DNA from: Octopus sinensis
Lineage: Eukaryota
Reading direction: 5' to 3'
Assembly: GCF_006345805.1 (NCBI RefSeq)
Contig: NC_042999.1
Coordinates: 143,158,001-143,222,000, forward strand
Length of the DNA: 64,000 nucleotides
Positions 28,520 to 42,777 of the stretch are shown piece by piece; within the stretch, counting starts at the first letter, position 1; each line of letters begins with the position of its first letter. Both the position numbers and the translations under genes were made by a program. The notes under the pieces were generated by a model. That model was not told the DNA's origin. It did no database searches and saw only the letters and a program-made list of their open reading frames with translations.

Positions 28520-29700
28520 ATGATCCAGGATCGTTGCTTTCTTTCCCAATTAACACTATGTCTGGCTTCCTATTCTCTATCTCATGGTCGCACGGCATCA
28601 TAAAATCCCATAGGATTTTGCATTATCCTTTTCGAAGATGTCTTCGAGTTTATGTCCGCACCACCTTTTTGCTCTGTCAAGTTCATATTTATTGCAAAGT
28701 GTCCAATGGACAATCCTTACTATATTGTCATGACGTCTCTTATATTCTTTCTGGGCTAGTGGCGTACATTGATTGGTAATATGCCATACGGTTTTGTCCA
28801 CAAATTCTGCACTTATCACTTACCGATGTGTTGTTTATTCTGTATTTGATGTAATTGGTTCTTAAAGCTTGCACTTGGGTTGCACAGATTAGAGCCTGGT
28901 TTTAAAACGCTTTTAGTTATCTACAGACATATTTTTTCTCTGTCTATCTTATCTTCAACGTCCCTATGAAGCTGTCTATGCATTCTTTTCTTTATCCGCC
29001 TATTTTTAGTTTCATTCATTCTCAAGTGCTTGCACAGTGCTTTATCTTTGCAATCTTCCATTCTACAAAAGCCTGACTTTCTTACTTCAAATGATAGCGG
29101 TTCTGTCGCATATTTTGCATACCATGCTACGTTGTCTTCTTCTGTTCTAATGCTGTGTTCGTATCCAATCAGTCCTCTTACCCCTCTTTTTCTTAGTACA
29201 TACAGTCTGTCTGTATCACATTTTGGGTGGAGTATCCCATATCTAGTCAGCAACTTTCTTGTCTTTCTGTTTAAGCTGTTTAGTTCATCTACTGTCCATG
29301 CGATTACCCCTGCTCCATATCTAAGGAGTGAAACTGCCCAGGTGCTGACAGCTTCAATCTTATTCCGTCTGTTTAATTTCGACTTAAGGATCAGTCACAG
29401 TCTGTGCAAGTACTCCACCTTAAATTTTTCTGTAATTTTTTCTCCATTAATTTATCCATTTCCAATATCCCCAAATACTTATAGCCCGTCTCTTCTATCT
29501 GCTTCATTGTCTCCCCGACGGTATCGCTAGTCCGACCATACATTTGATTTTGCTTCTCTTCAAGACTAACACACCATACTGTTTCAGTCCAAACTCCATT
29601 CCGATATCAGCACTGAAAGTATACACCGTATCAACGAGGAAACTGACTTTGGATTCATCTTTACCACAAAGTTTGAGGTTATCCATAAATAACAAGTGGT
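28520..29700 (-). mobile_element. R4/Dong-like fragment (RT C-terminus to CCHC)
   Basis: LLFMDNLKL, MEFGLKQYGVLVLKR, AINTWAVSLLRYGAG, HPKCDTDRLYV.RK.G.RGL, QKEYKRRHDNIVRIVHWTLC. Close homologue of 22080-22500. Confidence 0.85.
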
Positions 29701-29703
29701 TGA

Positions 29704-29731
29704 CTTATTATTATTAATATATTATTATCAA

Positions 29732-29816
<85 letters not shown>

Positions 29817-29975
29817 TCTTTGTTGCTGAAGGACATAAGATCGGCACGACCCAATTAGAGGTTACATTGGAATATTTTTGTTCATGGAATGAGAGCAGGT
29901 TTCGCATGCTGAGGTATGGTAGGAAAACTTTGGGAAGCATGAAGAATGGTATGATCAGCGTAAGAATGGGTGTTG

Positions 29976-30061
<86 letters not shown>

Positions 30062-30080
30062 GAGAGAGAGAGGAGAGAGG

Positions 30081-30171
<91 letters not shown>

Positions 30172-30200
30172 AAGAGATAGAGAGAGAGAGAGGAGAGAGA
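29704..30200. repeat. (TTA)n tract 29704-29813 and (AG)n tract 29978-30195
   Basis: Direct reading. Confidence 0.95.
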
Positions 30201-30649
30201 GATGGAGAGGGAGCGATGGGGAGAAAGTGAAGAAGAGATGGAAACATGGACAGTGATAGAAAGAATGAGAAAGGGTGGAGAATATCATTGTGTCTGTCAC
30301 CATTACCTGTGAGATATTGGAAGTGAATGCAATAATACGAAAGCTGCCAGAGACAGAGGACTGGTTTCTTGGGAATGGGGGTGGGGACACGCATCAAGTT
30401 TCCAAAGACCTGAAAGAGGATGAAGAGTTTTTCAATTATCGGTTAAATTTTGGGGGGTTTGTAAAACTGAAAGTTTTGTGATGCACAGAGACATACTTCG
30501 GAGACATACTGTATTCATATAATTAGTTGTTTTCTTTATTTATAATTCTGTCTATGAACTACAATTAAAATATATATATAAAAACGAAACAAAAAAGTAG
30601 GAAAGAAATGACGGGAATGAATTTTGAAAAAATGAATGTACACACATAT

Positions 30650-30650
30650 T

Positions 30651-30702
<52 letters not shown>

Positions 30703-31018
30703 ATAAAATAATGTATAATATATGAATATATACATACCTATATGTACATACATACATATATATGTATATATATTCATGGATATATGGCTACAGAATATGA
30801 GAAACGAAAACATAAGAAACAAAAACAAGCTTTTTTTCGAACAACGAAAAAACCCCCGTTTTTATGTCTTCGTTTCTCATTGTGTCTACGTTTTTTTTAT
30901 ATTCTGTACCCATATATGCATGTATATATATACATATATTTGTAGTATGTACATATGTGTATGTATATATTCATATATTTATATGTTATTTATATTATAT
31001 GATCGAACGCCACGCATC

Positions 31019-31059
<41 letters not shown>

Positions 31060-31327
31060 CTGTATATATATATTAATACACAATTTTGTATATAATTATA
31101 TATAAAATTACACATGCATATATATGAATCATATATATAAATTTATTAATATATAAATATATATATACATATACATACATATATATATATATAACATATA
31201 TATAACATATAATAACATGCATATACATGCATACATATATATATAAATATATTTAGTAAATTTTTATATACATACATATATATATATATATATCGTAAAT
31301 ATATACATACATATACATACGTACAAC

Positions 31328-31402
<75 letters not shown>

Positions 31403-31612
31403 ATATATATACCCACGCATAGAGAAACATTTATACATAGATGTAGCCAGGATTTGACCGGAGGGATTTTTAGTTATTAAAATGGTTCCGCTGTTACCAT
31501 TTAATGTTTAAAAAACACAAAATTGAAACAAATATACAATAATTGTATTTGTATGAAGATGCGCCAGGGGGGTGTTCTTGCTCCTAGCTCTTACCCCGAC
31601 GAGCCTTCCAAG

Positions 31613-31691
<79 letters not shown>

Positions 31692-31740
31692 CCACTCACA
31701 CAAAACACACACACACACACCACACACACACACACACACA

Positions 31741-31785
<45 letters not shown>

Positions 31786-31959
31786 AAACACACACACACA
31801 CACACATACACACACACATACACACACAAACACAAACACACACAAACACATACAAACACACACACACACTCACACACAAAACACACACATATATTTATGT
31901 AGATATGTATATATGTATGTAAATATATATGCATGTACATGTATATATGCATGTATATA

Positions 31960-32008
<49 letters not shown>

Positions 32009-32088
32009 CACATATATTGTGCATATATATATGTATATGTACATATGCACGTAAATATATATATATATTATACAGATATGTTTATATG

Positions 32089-32125
<37 letters not shown>
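30650..32125. repeat. (TA)n/(CA)n microsatellite field
   Basis: Direct reading. Confidence 0.9.
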
Positions 32126-32126
<1 letters not shown>

Positions 32127-32199
32127 TCAAAGATGACATAATTGTTTCTTTTGATACCAGGGTACAGAGTTCCTGATAAGCATGGTGTTTAGAACGTGT

Positions 32200-33302
32200 T
32201 GCATTAACACAGATGATAAAGAAAGCCTGTGTATTTCCTGAAGCCATATTGTTTCATTTACAGAAAATAAAAAAAAAAAGTAACATGTTGCAAATAAAAA
32301 TCATTTCAAATCACTAAATATTTTTACTACAGTAATATTTAGCAGTTCGATAATCACAGTCGATTTTCCGACTTTCTACTGTTGTTTCTCGTAATTTTTT
32401 CCAAGACATTCATCTTTTCTTTCTTTTTTTTTGTATTGATTCAATCCGATTTTTATCTTTCATGTCTCTTCGGTATTTCACAATTTTTTCAGTAATGCTT
32501 AGTTACTGTTCAGTTCAGATTCAGTCTTTATTATCAGCAATATTTTTTTTTATTAATATCATTATTTGAAATTATTTTTTTGCCTCTGTTTTTTCAGTCA
32601 ATGTCTTTACTTTGACACCAAAGTTCACTACTGTACTTCTCTTGTATACACAGCAATGTCTTATTTTATTTTTGAATTATTGTTGGTTGCAGGATTATTG
32701 TTTGTATTAGGGTCTTTTGTTGGTTTTCATCGCACTATGTTTATTTGTGTGTTGTGTAAGTTGTTTGTAGAATATTTATTGAGATTGTTTTTAATGTTAA
32801 GTTGTGAATTTCGAATGCTGAGTAATGCTGTGAACCCTGTTATAGTGCTTATGGTTGTGTACCTGTCATTGTACATAATGCACTATTTATCATTAGTATT
32901 ATGTATACTCCTTATTACTGATGTCATTTAAGGTCTTCTTCTTCTTCTTCTTCTTCTTCTTCTTCTTCTTCTTCTTCTTCTTCTTCTTCTTCTTCTTCTT
33001 CTTCTTCTTCTTCTTCCTATTATTATTGGTGGCGATGAATTGATGCTTTTTTAAAAAAAAACTCGTTACATCTAAGTAATTGGTGGGTTCGACAGAGCAA
33101 CAAAGAAAATATGATAAGAAAAGACACTGAGAAGAGAATTAATTCAAACTAAAAGAGCATCAGAGAAACAAATAAAAGTGATGTTCTTAATTTTTCTCTG
33201 TTTCTTTTTTTCTTATATCTTTCTTTCCTCTCTATTTTCTTACATATTAAAAAAATCTATTTGGAATGTAATGAAGGACGGAGAGATAATTGTAAGCATG
33301 TT
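32200..33302 (-). other. Probable grh 3' UTR (AT-rich, contains an (AAG)n tract at about 32936-33016)
   Basis: Mostly non-repetitive AT-rich sequence directly after the stop, with several AATAAA on the minus strand (tttatt on +). The true end is unknown. Confidence 0.45.
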
Positions 33303-33429
33303 TCACGGATCAATTTCTGTGAGTATAATTTCATATCCTTTATCGTCTGCTGTCCGGCATTTTTCAATGATGAACGTCGTTTCATGAGCATAATGCTGAA
33401 TAATATTGTTATCCATTTTAATGAGAACT
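33303..33429 (-). CDS. grh: grh terminal coding exon (GVLIKMDNNIIQHYAHETTFIIEKCRTADDKGYEIILTEIDP*)
   Basis: tttttgtacag|A; phase 2; TGA stop at 33305-33303; canonical GRH C-terminus. Confidence 0.95.
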
Positions 33430-35829
33430 CTGTACAAAAAGAAAGAGAATAAACGAAAATATAAGTTGAAGTTGAAACTGGTGCGAAGTAAAAAGTTTAT
33501 TAAATGAATAATCTTTTAAACTTTAGATTGAACGAAAATACATAAAAAGCAAAGAGAATGAATTCAGGTTCAACGAATACTTGAACAAAATGTTGAGATA
33601 TAACAAAATTTTAAGTCAATCATAATGAGATTAAGTGTAATCTATAGAAGGGGTAAAACGTATAAACTGGAGTAGTTTGTTCTTTCTATTGTCTCGTAGA
33701 AAATTGGCAGTCAACATTGGAAACTAAGGAAACACTGGTTAAAGATATAATAACTTCGAGTTTACTGCAAGGATACTGTACTTTACCATGGGACACTTTT
33801 ACAGATGGGTATGATCATGTCTAGCCTTTAATGCAGTTTCTTGTTATCTATTTCAGATCCGCACGAAAAAAATTAAATCAACATTGAAAGAAAGACTAGT
33901 AAATTGTACGGTACTTCCTCTGCTAACAACAGTTTCTACAGTAAAGGCATGTATCTAGACATTTCCAATTTACATCTTAGTGAGATATGGCATTAAGAGC
34001 TAAGAAAACTTTATAGAGACATGAAGTAGTAATACTGACAGAAACACAAAACATCAATCTTTAGGTAAATAACAGACACCAGCCAGATAGCCAGACAACC
34101 AGACAGTCAGACAGCCAAGCAACCACCCAGGCAGCCAACCTCAACAGTTGGAATATTTCAAACAAAACATGTACCAATAAACATTGTGAACATTGAAGCA
34201 TTAAATGCACAAATTCACCGAGCAAGTAACTGGCATAAGCGAACTATATAAACACGTATTGGCATGAAAGATTGTATCGACGTCATTGGTTTGCTAGAAT
34301 TAGTATTTTATATAAATTTTATGCTCATTAAAATTTAAAATTTGCTATAAATTTTGATCTCAGTGAAGATAAATACTTTTTATTTTATGAATTTGTAGCT
34401 TATAATGTGCAATGCTATAATGTTATAATGTGCAATGGTTATAATGTTAATTACCAGTTAAAGGGGCAAGACGCTAATAAAACCTATGATGTTAATACAG
34501 AGGAATTTCCATCATGGATTACTATGGCTGATTGTTTATAAACAATATTATGTTGTATAAAAATAATATTTTATTATCATCAAATGATATTGTTATGTTG
34601 TATAAAAATGCAATTCTATTATCATCAAATGATATCATAAGCAAAATAGGTAAAATCTGTGTATATACATCAATTTTCACCATTAAAAAGGAAAGATTAC
34701 ATATAATCAGTTTACTATTCATTCATGTACTTAATTATTTACTTATTAGGTGGTTTCTATAAAGACTGCTCAGGGCATTTACTTATGGAATACTGAAAAG
34801 ATAAACATGCCATCTATATATTAATTATAAACCAAGAATCAGAAAAAATAAAGATGTGCACAGATACACACACATACTTATCCATGTGCACACATGCACA
34901 CAAACACAAATATTTATACTTTTATAGGGATATAGAATGACCATCTCTAATAGACTTAAGTAACTAAAACGTATCTATTTACGAATAAGAAAGATAACAA
35001 TTAATAAGGGATAAGAGGTTGATAGGTTATGCACATATATGCATATATTCTCATATACAAATATTTATACATTTGTATGGATATAGTATGTCCATCTCGC
35101 ACAGACATAAGTAGCTGAAAAATCTCTATTTAAGAATAGTAACAACTTATGAAGGATAAGCGATTAATAGGCAATGATATCAAAGTAAGAAAACAAAATA
35201 ATAAGAATTTATAGAAAATAATAAGAAATATATATAACCTACATTTAAAGGGACAGAGTATTTAAATTTGAGGTAGGTAAGAGATAAAGGTAACCCGAAA
35301 AGAAGAGGTAGTAGGTATGGGCGTAGTGGGGGCAGTTAGAGGTATTCAGACCGAAGAGATTCTTTAAGTTGCAATGTTACAGGTGCTATTACATAAAAGC
35401 CATTACAAATATACATAATATGATCAGTAGGGTAGAACATCATAGAAAGGAAAAAATAATTTAATCACCTAAATCATGATGAAGTCAGACTAACTAGGCA
35501 GGGGTTTTCATGGGATAGTAATTACATATAGCACACCACATAGCATAACATATATCTTATAACATATGCAATGCAATTTAATTCACCAATTTAACTCAAT
35601 ATCCCATGATTTTATTATATTTAATACTACAGGGTAAATTTACAGCTGATACGACACCAAAAATTAATTTCTACCATCTAAGTTCAAGTATGGCACCTAT
35701 AATCGCTAATTTCGATATCCTGTTGATATCCTGCTGCTTATTTTGATTTTATTCACCTTACTTCGAGCTGTATGGATAATACCGGACTGACTTGGTGCTT
35801 CAACTTATGTACTTAATTCAACTGAATCT

Positions 35830-35864
<35 letters not shown>

Positions 35865-36581
35865 CGAACTTTTTTAAAAATTCTGTTGACTAGCTTCCCC
35901 GATTTCAGCACGACGTATATTTATAGCGAGTGTATAATATGTGGAAATTGACGACTTAAAGTCTGTTATCAGCATATTGGCATGTGAATAATTTTTCTTT
36001 TGTCCTTGTTTATAAGTTGTATATATATATATCCTCTTTAAACATGATTAACAATAGCCGTCACACTTGCTCAAAATGTTATGCCTCACAAACGTTTTCC
36101 TAGCGAAAGACTACCTCTAACATAACTAGGATCAGATTATTAAAAACTGGCCCATCCCTTCAGTGCTAGAAAACAATTCAGTACCTTATGAATTTATCCA
36201 CCAAGCTCAAGAGAAAGTCACAATGGAGGATTGCTCCCACATTTAGGACAGTACTGTTGCTACCCACACAAATATTCAAGACTATATCTAGAGAAAGCCT
36301 ATATCAAGGGACAAGACTATATATAGGGACAGAGAGGGATCTACTGCATTTATATGGTTAGGTGGATGTTAGATGCCGCGTGGATGGAGTGTTAAATGCC
36401 ATAATTATACACACACACATACATACGCACGCGCTCACGCACGCATGCGTATATGCGTGTCTGTACGAGCGCGTGTGCGTATGTGTGTATTTATGAATAT
36501 GTCTATGTATGATTTATTTAACAAAATGCATTCAACAGTAAGTATATGGGACCTATCTATCTATCTATCTATCTATTCTAT

Positions 36582-36675
<94 letters not shown>

Positions 36676-37346
36676 GTCAGTCTGTCTGTCTATCTGTCAC
36701 TCTCTCTCTCTCTCTCTCTCTCTATTTATCTATCTAGCAAGGATGGCACGTATGAATGACGAAGCCACCTTGAGCATAATCCTATGAACCCAGAAATTGA
36801 AAACAGAGGGTTACCCACTTGCAAACAAATGTGGTAACATATAACAATATTGACCAAGGTTACCGTGGTCTTTTTCGTAGGCTTTTCTTCCCACGGATAA
36901 ACCTTACTTGCTTTCCCCTTTACACCATATATCATAACACTGTGATACACGATCCCTATTGATCGTTTTTTTTCCTCTTCCCCTTTTTTTCCCCTTTTTC
37001 CTTCTTTTTTCATTTCTCTTTTCTTTTGTTCCTTTTCCTTTTCTTTTTTTTCTTATTTTTTATTTTATTTAAAAAATTTTTTTTGTTCTTTTCTTCCCTT
37101 TTACGATCCCTCTTGATCGAAAACCTACGCCACCCCTTTTTATTTCTCTTTTGTTTTTTGTTTTTTTTCATCCCCCAAAAGAAAAGCTCTACCTTGTAAC
37201 TTGTCCCATCTGTGTGCAGCCCTGTGTGGCCAATAAAGAAACTTATCTATCTATCTATCTATTCTGTAATATCAAACTTTATTATTCATGGTTCTTTCTT
37301 ACCCTTCCTTTTCAGAATGTCAGACACACGCGCGCACACGCACACA

Positions 37347-37379
<33 letters not shown>

Positions 37380-38175
37380 TACATACACACACACAGTTTG
37401 TCAGTACTTTCTTTATCCGTTTTATTTACCCAGGTTCATGGCTGGCTGCGTAATCATTTGCATTTCAATACCAGTAGTCTGTATGTATGTATGTATGTAT
37501 GTATGTATGTATGTATGTATGCATGTACGGTTGTATGTGTGTGTGTGTATGTAAACAAACGGGGTATGTATGTATATGTATGCATATGCTTGTATGTATT
37601 ATGTATGTATGTGTATGTATGTGTATGTATGTATATGTATCATGTGTGTATATTTATATGTGTATGTCTACACACATGCATACACACATACACATTGTTC
37701 TTTATCAGTGTTTATGTATTTCTTACTTTGTATATGTAAGTAAAACTGAGCAAACACGCAGCCGTGCGTGTTTTGTGGTGTGTGTGTGTGTGTGTGTGTG
37801 GTGTGTGTGTGTGTGTGTGTGGTGTGTGTGTGTGTGTGCACGGGTGGATGGGTGTATTTGTATAATATATAAAAGTTTGTATGTGGTATATTCATTTGAT
37901 AGCCGCGGGTGTGATATCTGAAAACTTTAGCTGTTCACTGTATTCTTTGCTGAAGGTATTTTAGCCCTTTTGATTGGAGATCGACCAGTCCATTATTGGT
38001 TGTCAGACGATGATACATTCGATTAGCTTAAGCGACGAAAGAACCGTGAAGCTGACGTATGTTTCGTTAGTATGCAGTGACGAGATCAAAACATCGCATG
38101 GGTGTGATCAGGTTAACCAGAGTTAGGTCCCAGTATCTGTGTCAGTCAACAGAACTAATTATTCCTTCAATATAT

Positions 38176-38587
38176 ACTCTTTTACTCTTTTACTTGTTTC
38201 AGTCATTTGACTGCGGCCATGCTGGAGCACCACTCTAGTGGAGCAAATCGATCCCAGGACTTATTCTTTGCAAGCCTAGTACTTATTCTATCGGTCTCTT
38301 TTGCCGAACCGCTAAGTTACAGGGACATAAACACACCACCATCGGTTGTCAAGCGATGTTGGGGGGGGGGGGGCAAACACAGACACACAAACATACACAC
38401 ACACACACACACATACACACACATACATATATACGACAGGCTTCTTTCAGTTTCTGTCTATCAAATCCACTCACAAGGCTTTGGTCGGCCCGAGGCTATA
38501 GTAGAAGACACTTACCCAAGGTGCCACGCAATGGGACTGAACTCGGAACCATGTGGTTGGTAAGCAAGCTACTTACCACATAGCCAC
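38176..38587 (-). mobile_element. tRNA-derived SINE family B, full length (last grh intron)
   Basis: Same architecture as 8066-8468. Confidence 0.88.
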
Positions 38588-39155
38588 AGATACCCCAGTA
38601 TATATTTACCTTTGCTAATATTTACCTTTTCTAAAATACTATGGAGAAGGAAACTTTTTGTCGGAATTGAAAGTAACCAGAAATGCAGCATTGATATATA
38701 CAATGCAAACTGTTCCTTATTCGCTCTGAAGGGACGATCTATATTGAAGATTGTGCGAATATATACATAAACCTACAACAGAGATTGGTGTTCTACTCTC
38801 AGACAGCATTCAACATTATGTAAAATATCGTTCACCTCAGCTAGCTACAGTCAGTCCACTTTAATCACTCATTAAATGTAACTTATCCGATTATTTTAGT
38901 TAACGAGTTTCCGTACGGTCTTTCGATCTGTTAAAAATAGCAGCTGAATCTCCCTGAACTTCTACTATGTTTTCTAAAAAGTAGTTGTATGTTGGTCAGT
39001 ATACTCTTAGTTACCTTGAAGGGAAAAAGCAATGTGATGGCCACGTATGGCATGGGTCATCTCGATCAGGCCAGCAGTAAATAGCAGCAAAAATAACAAC
39101 AACAATGACAATAACATCAATTATAATAACAGCAACAACTGCAACAAACACTCAC

Positions 39156-39220
39156 CCCTTTTTAGATCTTTTGTATGTATTTTTAACCTTTGAAGCTGGA
39201 ATTTCATATTTTTCTTCCAC
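39156..39220 (-). CDS. grh: grh exon (VEEKYEIPASKVKNTYKRSKKG)
   Basis: ttttcacag|GTG ... GG|gtgagt; phase 0 to 2. Confidence 0.95.
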
Positions 39221-39722
39221 CTGTGAAAATAAATGAAGTGATATTTTAGTGTACTTCATGGTAGACTAATGGAGCAGAGAACTCTAGAAATGTACTGTAT
39301 TCTACGGTTGATAATTTAGTTTGGATAATACACTGAGAAATGTAGGTGAGTTCTCCCTTGATGAACCTAGTTAATGAACTGGTTGAAGTCAATTCTTTTG
39401 ACTTACACACTAATGCTTTGAAAAGAAATATGATTGTCACACAGTCTTATCGATAAACTTAAACATAGCAGAGCATGGTTGTAAAATTAAGATATTCGCT
39501 TCGCAACCATTTAGTTTCAGGTTTAGTCGTAGTTTATGTAGTGTCTTCTACCATGGTTTCTGGTAGAAGCTTCTAAAGGAGATGTGGAAGTCGGCCAGGG
39601 GTTTTTTTGTGTTTATAGACCTAGTCTGCTGCCTTGCTTAATGCTACACAGGATCTTAGCGTGCCTTTAGTAAAGTCGATTCTGCGTCAAGCAAACTTGC
39701 CAGGTCTTCTATTTGAGGATAA

Positions 39723-39754
<32 letters not shown>

Positions 39755-39929
39755 ACAACAACAGCAACAACAACAACATCGACGACACTAACAATGATAT
39801 CGGTCTGACAAAGGGGTGGGTGAGAATGCATTTTCGTAGATGTGGCTGTAACTGCGAACATGAATATAGTAGGTTAAAGAATACGAGAAAATAGGAAAAT
39901 ACCAGGATTTGGCTTGGGAAATACGAAGA

Positions 39930-40430
39930 CTTGGGAGTGTTTCTACAAAAATACTCCCAGTTATTAGAGTTAGCCGAGGTACAGCCACCACCAGACTTAA
40001 CAGCAAAGATTGTAAGAAAGCGCATCGATATGCAAGGAAATTGTTTGTGATCCGGTATCAAGGATAATCAACATAGCATATCCCGGTGGCAACAGGATCA
40101 ATTGAATGAAGTAAAAATGAACAGCTATGACGATTTGAAGTGGGAAATTCGAAGGTTATGGTCAACGAGGAGAGTAGACGTAATACCAATAGTAATTGGG
40201 TCACTTGGAAGTATCAGCACTCAACTACCAACATGACTGAAAAAAAAAGATGGGTGCAAGTGTGAAGGTTGAACACTTAGAAAAATCAGCATTGCTTGGA
40301 ACTGCAAGAATTCTTCGCAGAGTTCTTGAAGCATGACTAGTAAACAAGTGTCACCTTAGTTTGCTGGCTGTAAGCAGCTGACACTTTCCATCATACCCAG
40401 CAAAATAAGCTGTGAGTTTTTAACACATAA
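39930..40430 (+). mobile_element. R4/Dong-like 3' fragment
   Basis: YDDLKWEIRRLW...VIPIVIGSLGS...SALLGTARILRRVLEA*, followed by a TAA/TTA repeat. Confidence 0.8.
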
Positions 40431-40442
40431 TAATGATAATGC

Positions 40443-40482
<40 letters not shown>

Positions 40483-40785
40483 GGAGACCTGAGAATTGAA
40501 ATCACTTAGCTGTGGCAGCTACGAGAGTCAAACATAAAGGTAGTCCTTATTGTCATCGGAGCATTGGGTTTAATATCACCCAACCTGAAAAAACATCTGG
40601 AAACTTTAGAAATACCCTACAATCAAGGTGTATTGCAAACATCGGCATTAGTTGGAACTGCAAGCATATTGCGTAACGTACTGTCTGTCTGAGGTCCTTG
40701 TTGTAACTTGACAACCAGTACAAATCCCTGGCAGACACAATATATTCAATCAACATCACGATATTGAAGACTGTGCGACGTCTTA

Positions 40786-40786
<1 letters not shown>
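40483..40786 (+). mobile_element. R4/Dong-like 3' tip
   Basis: LRIEIT.LW...IVIGALG...QTSALVGTASILRNVLSV*; immediately followed by (AAT)n at 40786-40875. Confidence 0.8.
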
Positions 40787-40835
<49 letters not shown>

Positions 40836-40898
40836 TAATAATGATAATAATGATGATGATGATGATGATGATGATACTAATAATAATCGTATACTTAC

Positions 40899-40984
40899 TG
40901 CTCTTAATAGCCCTTCAACTGTGGGAGTCCTAAGAAGTAACGCTGTGAATGTACTTTCCGTCTGTTCTCGAACGTATAACATAA
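40899..40984 (-). CDS. grh: grh exon, dimerisation domain start (VMLYVREQTESTFTALLLRTPTVEGLLRA)
   Basis: tttttaag|TT ... GCA|gtaagt; matches the GRH C-terminal V.LYVR.E...F.AL.L..PT..GL..A pattern. Confidence 0.93.
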
Positions 40985-41580
40985 CTTAAAAAAAAAGAGA
41001 ATTAGTTGTCTTAAGGGCACCGGGTGAGGATGGTACAACATAGATAGACGAGAAAAGAAAATGAATAAATAACACGGGGAATCCTGTGAGAAAAAGAAAA
41101 TGCAGATGGAAGTAAACGCATAATACATTTTTTGTAATATCCCCCAGATGGTAACTGTAATCTAGATTCGATCAAAGGCACGTACAAATTCTGGACTATT
41201 CTGACTACTAAGCGTATTGCTCTCTTCTGGATGAGATTCTCCGTCCTACAATAGCGTTCACTATGACCATAATTACCATTCTCATCCTTTCTACAGCTAA
41301 TTTAGTTGGAGGAAGCACCTTCCTCTCCGATTGAAAAATCGACAAGAGCGTGGTTGAAGGCGGGAATATCTCTTCAATCCTTTCTATCACATTCATCATC
41401 CAACCCCTTTCGCAATAGCAGCGATAAATCCTTTCTTGTCACAGATAGACAGGGAAACTATAGCTACTATTAATAGCCAGATCTATACGAGACAACGGTT
41501 CTTCGACAAAACTCCGTTAGTCAGCAATACCTGCATACTTAGCATACATACATACATACATACATACATACATACATACA

Positions 41581-41611
<31 letters not shown>

Positions 41612-41756
41612 TTATATATAAGAGTTACAGAATGGAGTATAGGAAATCCGGGCTACATATGTTTCATAGCGAGTGGAACCTCAGAAGAGGTAAAACCCAG
41701 GTGAGATGCATACCACCGCTACTCTTCAGGCCAAGGACATATAAATATATATATTC

Positions 41757-41872
41757 TTTTATACTTTTATTTGTTTCAGTCATTTGACTGCGGCTATGCT
41801 GGAGCACCGCCTTTAGTCGAGCAAAGCAAGCCCAGGACTTATTCTTTATAAGCCTAGTACTTATTCGATCTG
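41757..41872 (-). mobile_element. SINE family B 3' fragment
   Basis: ttgtttcagtcatttgactgcggctatgctggagcaccgcc...aagcctagtacttattc. Confidence 0.8.
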
Positions 41873-42060
41873 TTCTGCTGTTTGTGTAACTTTCACTGCC
41901 AGTTTGGTACAAGGCATTCCAGGATTTTCCAGATGTATACTACTGCATATATTTCCTCCTTCGTTGTAGGGAGAAGAGTTTTAATTCTTTCAGCCTTTCT
42001 TAGTAGCTGAGACGTTGCATTGAGACGATTTTCGATGGACTTCTTCGAGTTCTGCCGTTA
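41873..42060 (-). mobile_element. CR1-like LINE fragment
   Basis: Minus: RLKELKLFSLQRRRK..I.IWKILECLVPN. Confidence 0.65.
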
Positions 42061-42112
42061 ATTTTATATTGTGTGGTGACCACAGTTGAGAGCAGTAGTC
42101 CAAGTGGCCGAG

Positions 42113-42164
<52 letters not shown>

Positions 42165-42221
42165 ATTTAGGAATGGTCATTTATATATGTATGTATATAT
42201 ATATATATATATATAATATAT

Positions 42222-42274
<53 letters not shown>

Positions 42275-42654
42275 TATATATATATATGTATATATATATA
42301 TGCAGGTAGGTAGATTCCGAGATGGAATGGGTATGTGCATACGTGAGATGCCAAGGAATTGCGTAATCATGTTGTGTACTTAAGAGTATATAAATGTGTG
42401 TGTGTGTGTGCGTGCGTGCGTGTATGTAAGTATGTAAGTATGTGTGTATGTGTATGTGTGCATTTATATAAATGCACTCATAGGCGCTTATATTTATGCG
42501 CGTATGCATGTCCAGTCACACATTCATATTCATACACATTCAACGTGCTTACAAAAGCATATGAATTAAGCATTCAGAACATATTTTGGATGTAAAGTTC
42601 AGGGTTTAGAGAGCAGTACAAAAGGAAAAGTATAAAAAAAACAACCCCACTTGC

Positions 42655-42777
42655 CTGCTGATAAGTTCGTACAAACCGTGTGAACAATCTCGCTTGTGAA
42701 TGTACATGCACAAGCGCTGAGTGGAGCATTGTTCCAGTTCTAGTGGAGGCGTCTTATTGAATTTTGGTATATTGAAT
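42655..42777 (-). CDS. Candidate grh cassette exon with GC donor (FNIPKFNKTPPLELEQCSTQRLCMYIHKRDCSHGLYELIS)
   Basis: 123 nt, phase 2 to 2, ends CAG|gcaagt; the acceptor is weak. Confidence 0.25.

Noticed and set aside
28049-29530. + strand ORFs of 184, 166 and 166 aa
   Set aside because: Antisense shadows of minus-strand retrotransposon coding sequence.
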